Source of the DNA: an uncultured Bacteroidales bacterium
GTDB lineage: Bacteria > Bacteroidota > Bacteroidia > Bacteroidales > FEN-979
Reading direction: 5' to 3'
Assembly (NCBI GenBank): GCA_903885595.1
Contig: CAISJJ010000129.1
Location: forward strand, 424 to 64,423
Length of the DNA stretch: 64,000 nt
Shown here: piece by piece, positions 57,589 to 64,000 of the stretch
Numbering within the stretch: the first letter of the stretch is position 1
Layout of the letters: each line of letters starts with the position of its first letter
The notes under the pieces: generated by a model
Database searches by the model: none
Told to the model about the DNA's origin: nothing
The model's input: the letters and a program-made list of their open reading frames with translations, nothing else
Made by a program: the position numbers and the translations under genes

Positions 57589-57666
57589 GTGTTCATGTTT
57601 AATTTTTACAAAGCGGTCACATGGAATACCCATAAATTAACATTCACGGTTTGCATGGACGTTGGC

Positions 57667-58971
57667 CTAATGGGTAATTCGTGATTTCAGAATTTTGTTG
57701 AAAAATTCAACTTGCCTCCGGGTGGCTTCTCTTGCCGAATAGGGTTCGAATTCATTCCAATTGGTATCAGGAACAAAAGGAATCCGTTGCAGATATTGGT
57801 GTATAACAGCGTATATTTTTTCAGCCAGCATATCAACAGGATCATCATTAAGAAATGTGACACAATCACCGGCCCTTGTCTTTTCAAGAATATCAACCAC
57901 AGAACTGTTTTGGTTGAAGACGGCTATCAGCGGACGATTTGCAAGGATGTAGGGATAGAGTTTCGATGCGGTATAATTGGTGTCGGTTGAGCCTGGAATT
58001 ATCAGAACATCAGCATCCTTAAGCACTTTCATTGCAGAGAAATAGGGCAACCGGTCGGTAATTTCAACCACACAAGACCCTACACCATATTTTACAGCCA
58101 AAGGCTCGATTGTTTTTTGTCCCTGCCCGTCAGCAGCATAACTGGTCCCGACAAAATACATTTTCATTTTCGAAAACAGGCCGGGTTCGCGGTCGAGCCC
58201 TTTTTTAACCGCAGCAAAAATACCGCTGACAGCCAGTCCCATATCATGGCCTCCGCGGCCAATGTAAGCAAAGTTAATGGCTTGATCTGTTTTGTCAAAA
58301 AGAGTATTCCGGACCTGTGCTTTATCAAGTACATCAAAATCGACGGATGCCCCGCCAAACGGAATGACCGTGCACATGGCAGCATTGATATTTGCGTATC
58401 GCTCCATCAAAGTTTTTGGATAACCTGGGGAAACCGAAACAATTCCATCGACTTTTTTCATCGTAAAAGCCTCCAGAAATTTATCCATGTTATAGGCAAA
58501 CAGAAATTTAGGAGGACGTTCGTGCTTAGGTTTATCCAGATAGAAATCGTTTCGCCAGGGATCCTGCATGTCAATGATAAAGGGTAAACCGAATTTCCGC
58601 TTCCAATACCGGCCCAGGATCATCACAGGAAAGGCAGTGGTAGAGAAGTAGACCAAGTCGAACTGGTGCTTCCTGATCAGCGCATTGCATGCTTTAAGGT
58701 AGAACCAGAGTGCACGGTATCCAAGGTTTCCCAGCCCGATTTTTCTGGTGAATTTTGGATTAAAGGCCCTGATCCGGATTACATTTGCACCTTCGGGGAT
58801 TGTTTCGAGCAGCAGTGGATCTTCGCTCATTTCAACAAAAGCCGGTTCGACTGCCACAACAGTGGCTTCCCAACCCATCTCAGGAAAACAGGCCAGGCTT
58901 TGTCTCACCCGGTGCATGTCGGCAGCATTGATGGGAGGGAAATTAGGAGAAATAATCAATACTTTTTTCAT
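57667..58971 (-). CDS. GT4-like glycosyltransferase
   Basis: ISPNFPP, DMQDPW and ASKLYPY motifs (GT-B fold). Confidence 0.75.
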   Translation of the reverse strand: MKKVLIISPNFPPINAADMHRVRQSLACFPEMGWEATVVAVEPAFVEMSEDPLLLETIPEGANVIRIRAFNPKFTRKIGLGNLGYRALWFYLKACNALIRKHQFDLVYFSTTAFPVMILGRYWKRKFGLPFIIDMQDPWRNDFYLDKPKHERPPKFLFAYNMDKFLEAFTMKKVDGIVSVSPGYPKTLMERYANINAAMCTVIPFGGASVDFDVLDKAQVRNTLFDKTDQAINFAYIGRGGHDMGLAVSGIFAAVKKGLDREPGLFSKMKMYFVGTSYAADGQGQKTIEPLAVKYGVGSCVVEITDRLPYFSAMKVLKDADVLIIPGSTDTNYTASKLYPYILANRPLIAVFNQNSSVVDILEKTRAGDCVTFLNDDPVDMLAEKIYAVIHQYLQRIPFVPDTNWNEFEPYSAREATRRQVEFFNKILKSRITH

Positions 58972-60215
58972 GAACCTTTCGTATTTAAAGCATCCTGAAC
59001 CCAAACTACCAGCCATTTTTCCTGTCTTTCCCAGCAAAATTTCTCCCGGGCTGCCTTCAAGGCTGCTTGTTTTGCCCTTTCAAGGCGTTCGCGGTCAGAT
59101 AGTAAATTATTCATCAGCAATGCAAGTCCCTGACGATCTTTGTTTTTGAAAAGGAAGACAGCTCCCGGCGCCTCATGGGCCACCTCCTGCTGTCCGAGTG
59201 TATCGGACGCAACCACGGCGATTCCTCCCTGAAGGTATTGTAATATTTTATTGGTTATGGTCAGGTTCCGGCTGTCGGGAACATACTCCTCTGTTGCCAG
59301 CCCGATGTCGTGCTCAGCAATGCGGGACAACAGTTCGTTGTGTGGCACCAGCGGGTGAAAAAACAGCCGGTGCCCTTTGTCTTCAGGGAAACGTTGCACC
59401 AGTTCCTGACGGAAATTTTGAAACAAATTTCCACGCAAATGGAGTTCAAGTGGAATTTGAACATCATGTAAACTTTCAAGAAGAAATTCGAGACCCCGTC
59501 CGGGGCCAATGGTCTGTGAATACCAATGCACTGATGGGAGGGCTGGATTGACGCGGTCCATCGTCAGATGATCGATTTGATTCCGGTCACTGAAAGGAAA
59601 CACATTCTGCAAAACTTTTGGTGGAGTAGTCCCGGCAAAAGAGCCAAGGGCATTGGCCAAGGCCAGGGATGTGGTGTAGGAAAGAACACCCTTTTGCAAA
59701 GCCATCTTCTCGTATCGTTCAAGAAGCCGGACAGGGCGAGATCGGTTAGCCTCAGGAAGCAGGTCGTGCGAGTACCAGTCCTCCAGATCAAACGCTACTT
59801 TGAATCCCTTTTGAATTAGTTTACAACCGATCACCGTGCTCATTTCCTGGTGGCAGGTGTACAAGTCAGCCTTTTCCCGAACGGCAGCACCAAGGTTCTT
59901 ATGATAGTCATAACCCAGGGCATAAATATTGTCAAGGCCAAACCGCGCAATGACTTCACCAGCTCCACGTCTCACCAGCCGTTCCTTAAGACGGTACCAT
60001 CCCGCAGCCTGCGAAGGCATCATATTAACGACCCCTTTCAGGGTAACTCCGGAACCTGCTATAAGATTCCGGTCCTCTTCAAGTAAAACAGGATTGGTAA
60101 AAGTAGTGAGGATGGTCACATTAAAACCGGCATTGGCTAGCGTAACCGACTCCTTTACTACCCGGGGGTTGCGGCACAGGTGACTTTGTGTTAAAATGCA
60201 AATCTTTTTTTTCAT
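58968..60215 (-). CDS. GT4-like glycosyltransferase
   Basis: NPRVVKE, DLEDWY, DIGLATE..ITNKILQYLQGG and VVASD motifs. Confidence 0.8.
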   Translation of the reverse strand: MKKKICILTQSHLCRNPRVVKESVTLANAGFNVTILTTFTNPVLLEEDRNLIAGSGVTLKGVVNMMPSQAAGWYRLKERLVRRGAGEVIARFGLDNIYALGYDYHKNLGAAVREKADLYTCHQEMSTVIGCKLIQKGFKVAFDLEDWYSHDLLPEANRSRPVRLLERYEKMALQKGVLSYTTSLALANALGSFAGTTPPKVLQNVFPFSDRNQIDHLTMDRVNPALPSVHWYSQTIGPGRGLEFLLESLHDVQIPLELHLRGNLFQNFRQELVQRFPEDKGHRLFFHPLVPHNELLSRIAEHDIGLATEEYVPDSRNLTITNKILQYLQGGIAVVASDTLGQQEVAHEAPGAVFLFKNKDRQGLALLMNNLLSDRERLERAKQAALKAAREKFCWERQEKWLVVWVQDALNTKGS

Positions 60216-60225
60216 GGTGATCCTG

Positions 60226-61206
60226 TTATTTTATCAGCGCATGAATTTTATTTCTCAATAATTTCGCCGCTTTCCATCCAAATACCTGTTTTGTCGTTTC
60301 AATCAGCCTGCCCCCAAGTTTAGGGATGTCAGGTTTTTTACCGGTTTTTCGCACTTCAGCTTCACATTCTGCGACAAGTTCAGGAAATTTGGGATAAGCA
60401 TTAATCGCAATTTCCTGATAGAGAGTCGACATTGCCTGCAAAAACCGGTCTGAACTCGTATGCGCCATCAGATATTGCGATTTCAGACTCAACGCGAGGA
60501 AAGCGCTCCGGAGATTTTCCATTTTATTGGCTTTGGCCGAGATATTTCCTCCCAGTGTAAACCGGCGGTAGTAATTGACACCACCAGTTGTCCTGATTCC
60601 TTTGGAGGCAAGAACCGCACGGGCAAAGTATTCGCCGTCCTGATCGAGTAATAAATTCTCGTTCCAGGGTCCAATAGTATCGGTGATTGTTTTTGGTGTA
60701 AGCCAGGCGCTGGTTTGTACCATCCACCGTTCGCCATCGCCACCATACATCCGGACCAAAAAGTCGACAGGATCGTCGGTATTGTGAATCCAGAACGATT
60801 CTTCACGGGGTTTCATGTGAAGGTAATCCTGGCCGTTCATAAAATGGACTGTGGGGCTCACTCCCAGGTAGCCAGGATTACCTTCAAGTATTTCGATCTG
60901 CCGCTCTATTTTATCATGGCTTAACACATCATCGGCATCGAGGAACTGTAAGTATTTTCCCTTGCTCAAAGCGAGTCCTTTGTTCCTTGCTACGCAGGCG
61001 CCACTGTTTTTTTGTTCGACAACACTGATCCTTTCTGAAATGTATTTTCGGGCAATTTCAACGGTATTATCGGAAGATTCATCGTCAATGACAAAAACTT
61101 CCAGCAATGGCCAGGTCTGACCGATTACGGAATCGAGTGTTTCATGAATATATTTGCCGGCGTTATAGGCAGGGATGATCACCGATACGAGAGGCCTGTT
61201 ATCCAT
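60226..61206 (-). CDS. GT2 glycosyltransferase
   Basis: VIIPAYN, IDDESSD, ARNKG, FLDADD and DQDGEY motifs. Confidence 0.92.
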   Translation of the reverse strand: MDNRPLVSVIIPAYNAGKYIHETLDSVIGQTWPLLEVFVIDDESSDNTVEIARKYISERISVVEQKNSGACVARNKGLALSKGKYLQFLDADDVLSHDKIERQIEILEGNPGYLGVSPTVHFMNGQDYLHMKPREESFWIHNTDDPVDFLVRMYGGDGERWMVQTSAWLTPKTITDTIGPWNENLLLDQDGEYFARAVLASKGIRTTGGVNYYRRFTLGGNISAKANKMENLRSAFLALSLKSQYLMAHTSSDRFLQAMSTLYQEIAINAYPKFPELVAECEAEVRKTGKKPDIPKLGGRLIETTKQVFGWKAAKLLRNKIHALIK

Positions 61207-61981
61207 TATTTTCCTTTTTTTTGATCAATGATTTAGCCGGGATTCCTCCGACAATATCCCCGGCCATGACATCTTTGGTAACCACCGATCCGGCAGCAAC
61301 GATCGCCCGGCGGCCGATAGTCACGCCTGGCAGCAGAACAACCCGGGCCCCAACCCAGGCGCCATCTTCAATGATAACTTTGCCTGTGTGCACGCCCCCT
61401 TTCCAGGCGGCAAAAGTATCGGAGTGGTAATTGTGATCATGGGTATAAACAATATCGAAAGGGCCGAGGGCTACCTGGTCGCCGATAATCACGTCATCGC
61501 TGGTGTCAATGATGGTGTTGTCACCGACATTCGAACCCTGCCCCATGATAAATTTTCCGTCATAACCTGGCTCGCGGGGGAAGATGTTGCAATAACTTGA
61601 CACCGAACTTCCGTTACCTATTTCAACCCCTTTTCCGTTTCGTAAAACCGAATGCGTTAAAACTGCACATTTTTCTCCCAGGCTGATCATCGTATCTTTC
61701 CCTGCGTGGATGTTGGCCTCCGGATGAATGCGTGATCCATTGCCAATAATAACACGGCTCCCCGGCGACAAGCCAATCTTTGAGCGCTTCATGAGTTCAG
61801 TTCCAGAACCGAGGGTTAGTTTGCCATTGCCTTCAATAATCACCGGAAAATGTATTCTGATGCCGGAGCCCAAAGTTGACTGGGCCAGCCGCAGATTCCA
61901 GTAGAAAAAACGACCAAGCCTGTTTCCCAAATATTTGAAATAAAGAAGTTTTATTCTGATCAGGTTGATAAAGGTCTTCAT
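61199..61981 (-). CDS. Hexapeptide-repeat (LbH) O-acetyltransferase
   Basis: [37 protein letters not shown] and GGIPAK motifs. Confidence 0.92.
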   Translation of the reverse strand: MKTFINLIRIKLLYFKYLGNRLGRFFYWNLRLAQSTLGSGIRIHFPVIIEGNGKLTLGSGTELMKRSKIGLSPGSRVIIGNGSRIHPEANIHAGKDTMISLGEKCAVLTHSVLRNGKGVEIGNGSSVSSYCNIFPREPGYDGKFIMGQGSNVGDNTIIDTSDDVIIGDQVALGPFDIVYTHDHNYHSDTFAAWKGGVHTGKVIIEDGAWVGARVVLLPGVTIGRRAIVAAGSVVTKDVMAGDIVGGIPAKSLIKKKENNG

Positions 61982-61985
61982 GGTA

Positions 61986-62873
61986 TTAAAATTTTGGCTC
62001 CTTCCGCGCTAACATTAATAACTGCAAATACGAAAATGGTGTTTGTTTGCGGAGTTCCTGCATTATTTTTCTGGAATGGTTTTTCCCGACACCCAATATA
62101 TACCTGGCCTGGTTCCAGTGCAGCTTTTCCAGGGCTTTCCTCCGGTCATCCGCTGATAATGGGCACTCCGGGCGGTTGATCATCTCCTCGGCACACTGAA
62201 GGTATTTGAATGGGATGGTAAAATCGGTCCGGTTATTCTGCATCTCCTGTTCTTCATGCTCGCGATACCAGACAATGCCGTGCGGCATAAGCACCACAGG
62301 GTATTGTGCTGCCAGGATATGCCACATTTCAAAATCACCGAGGTACCGGCGACCTGTAAATCCTCCCACTTTCTCGAAAATATCTTTACGGATAATGGCC
62401 GAAAGTGGCGCTTTATGAAAGAGCTGTTCCTTAAAATAATGCCGATGATAAGCCTCTTCAGGTGTTAGCATAAATGGAAAAATCCTGAATTTATCCTGAG
62501 GCAGAGAGCCCAGACCGAACCCGGCTTCAGGGAACCGTTCCATTCCGCTTACCAGGACTTCCAGCCCTGTCGGATAAATAAGATCATCGGCATCCACATA
62601 CTTAAGATACTTACCCTTGGCCAGGCTGGCTGCTTTATTTCTGTTCGGATAATCTCCCAGGTTTTTCTCATTCAGAATCGCCTTTACACGGGGATCATTT
62701 GCGGCAAATTCGCGGGCAATGGATAGACTACTGTCTTTCGACTGATCATCGACTATGATCAGCTCAAAATAGGGGTAGGTCGATGCCAGCACACTCTCTA
62801 CAGCCTGGGCGAGGTATTTCTCGCGGTTATAGGTGGTCATGAGCACACTCACCAAAGGTTTTTCTGTTTCCAT
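61986..62873 (-). CDS. GT2 glycosyltransferase
   Basis: [26 protein letters not shown] and GDFEMW motifs. Confidence 0.92.
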   Translation of the reverse strand: METEKPLVSVLMTTYNREKYLAQAVESVLASTYPYFELIIVDDQSKDSSLSIAREFAANDPRVKAILNEKNLGDYPNRNKAASLAKGKYLKYVDADDLIYPTGLEVLVSGMERFPEAGFGLGSLPQDKFRIFPFMLTPEEAYHRHYFKEQLFHKAPLSAIIRKDIFEKVGGFTGRRYLGDFEMWHILAAQYPVVLMPHGIVWYREHEEQEMQNNRTDFTIPFKYLQCAEEMINRPECPLSADDRRKALEKLHWNQARYILGVGKNHSRKIMQELRKQTPFSYLQLLMLARKEPKF

Positions 62874-62884
62874 TTCAATACAGG

Positions 62885-63856
62885 TTATTTTGTCTTTGCC
62901 TGAACACCCTGAGGCGGATATCCGACGAAATATTTTTGTGATGCTTCAACCCCTTTTAATCCCCGGGTTGAGGCTATCACCGAAAAAAGCAGGGCTGCAT
63001 ACCATGATGCCATGACCAGGTTTAAGTTGTACAGCAGCCAGTTGATTTTTTCTTTGAACGACAATTGTTTCCGGATAATTCTCACAAGGATCTGTGGAAC
63101 GCTAACCAGGGGATTTTTTGGAAATTTAATATAATCGTAAAACTTATAATTTTGATAAAGGATGATATAGGTCCGCTTAAAATAAAATTTGAAATTCTGA
63201 TGATGGTAGTGATAAACCCGGGCCCTGTAATCATAAACGATAGCATAGCCTTGCGACAGGGCATCTTTGGCCCATAAAGTATCTTCTGAGAACATCAGTT
63301 TTTTAAACGGAAGATTCACTTTGACAGATTTACGGTACATTGTGGTTACATCATCCCAGTTGCAGTATTCGTGCTGCTTTTTTCCTGGTAACGATGTAAA
63401 GGCAGAAGTATCTTTAAACTGAATAAACCTTGGTTTGGCTTCGCTTGCGGGTGAAAACCACTGCAGTGGATTTTTATCAGGGTCGGCTCTGACAATTTGC
63501 TGACCGCAAACACCTGTAACTTCGGGATTTTCGAAATGTGAGAGCATAGTCTCAATCCAGTCATCTGTTGCGGGAGTTGCATCCTGAACTGTCATCACCA
63601 CAAATATTCCTTTTGAAAGTTGAATTCCCAGATTACGTGTTTCACCGTGGTTAAACTCTTTCGGTGGGAGATGATGGATTCTGACCGGGTATTTTTTCAG
63701 CAATTCAAGGGTTCCGTCGGTTGATCCCGAGTCAATGATGATTACCTCAAGTTTGTCCTTTAGTGTCTGACGAAACAAACCATCGAGGCATGGCGGCAGG
63801 GTTTCGATCCCGTTTTTCACCGGAATGACTACCGAAATCAAAGGATTATTCACCAT
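62885..63856 (-). CDS. GT2 glycosyltransferase (rhamnosyltransferase-like)
   Basis: VIPVKNG, IDSGSTD, FNHGETRN, TVQDA and FSEDTLWA..VYHYH motifs; start 63856 preferred over 63877. Confidence 0.88.
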   Translation of the reverse strand: MVNNPLISVVIPVKNGIETLPPCLDGLFRQTLKDKLEVIIIDSGSTDGTLELLKKYPVRIHHLPPKEFNHGETRNLGIQLSKGIFVVMTVQDATPATDDWIETMLSHFENPEVTGVCGQQIVRADPDKNPLQWFSPASEAKPRFIQFKDTSAFTSLPGKKQHEYCNWDDVTTMYRKSVKVNLPFKKLMFSEDTLWAKDALSQGYAIVYDYRARVYHYHHQNFKFYFKRTYIILYQNYKFYDYIKFPKNPLVSVPQILVRIIRKQLSFKEKINWLLYNLNLVMASWYAALLFSVIASTRGLKGVEASQKYFVGYPPQGVQAKTK

Positions 63857-64000
63857 GCCTGTTTCCATTTTTTTCAACTTTCAAGAAGGTATGTTTGCCG
63901 ATGTTACTATCCTGGCGGTATTTTTGAGTCAGTTTTTTGATTTGCCTGTCGAAGAAGGGAATCCGGTTGAGCCTCAAAAAGTAAAAAATCTGGATCATGA
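63846..64000 (-). CDS. 3' end of an upstream gene of the glycan locus (partial)
   Basis: Open frame ..MIQIFYFLRLNRIPFFDRQIKK...GNRHGE* whose TAA overlaps the next gene's start. Confidence 0.6.
   Translation of the reverse strand, partial: MIQIFYFLRLNRIPFFDRQIKKLTQKYRQDSNIGKHTFLKVEKNGNRHGE

Noticed and set aside
1442-63582. The many 60-165-aa ORFs nested in or antisense to long genes
   Set aside because: They are shadow frames of well-supported CDSs with no independent motifs.

Overview
Bacterial DNA, most likely Bacteroidota. The evidence is the T9SS C-terminal sorting domains, TAnnTTTG -7 promoter boxes and no obvious Shine-Dalgarno sites; assignment to a Bacteroidales-like lineage is inference. 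Left to right: a FIST sensor gene (cut by the window edge); a T9SS cargo protein; an acyl-CoA cluster (crotonase, 3-hydroxyacyl-CoA dehydrogenase, SCP2-type thiolase, FabK/NMO-like flavoprotein); and a five-gene locus that looks dedicated to beta-1,2-glucan (GH144, an unclassified CBM/(alpha/alpha)6 protein, an MFS transporter with a ~200-aa insert, GH35, GH94 SOGP-like phosphorylase). Next come a tRNA-Ala(CGC) with an accessory and decaying zone (T9SS remnant, diheme cytochrome c, Tat cupin, aromatic amino-acid decarboxylase, toxin-antitoxin remnants); a double-length class II UvrA; an OYE reductase; and a complete-looking aerobic Phe/Tyr catabolic cluster (scoAB, hmgA, hppD, fahA, flavin reductase-like, phhA). 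The window ends with small membrane genes, a two-component system, alkaline phosphatase and the distal end of a surface-glycan locus carrying a divergent cis-prenyltransferase. The most unusual signal is non-genic: a dispersed family of 7-9-nt tandem and inverted repeat cassettes sits in most intergenic gaps of the metabolic operons. The same cassettes also occur in-frame inside uvrA and at the 3' ends of two other genes. All family assignments come from motif recognition by eye; no database search was run.
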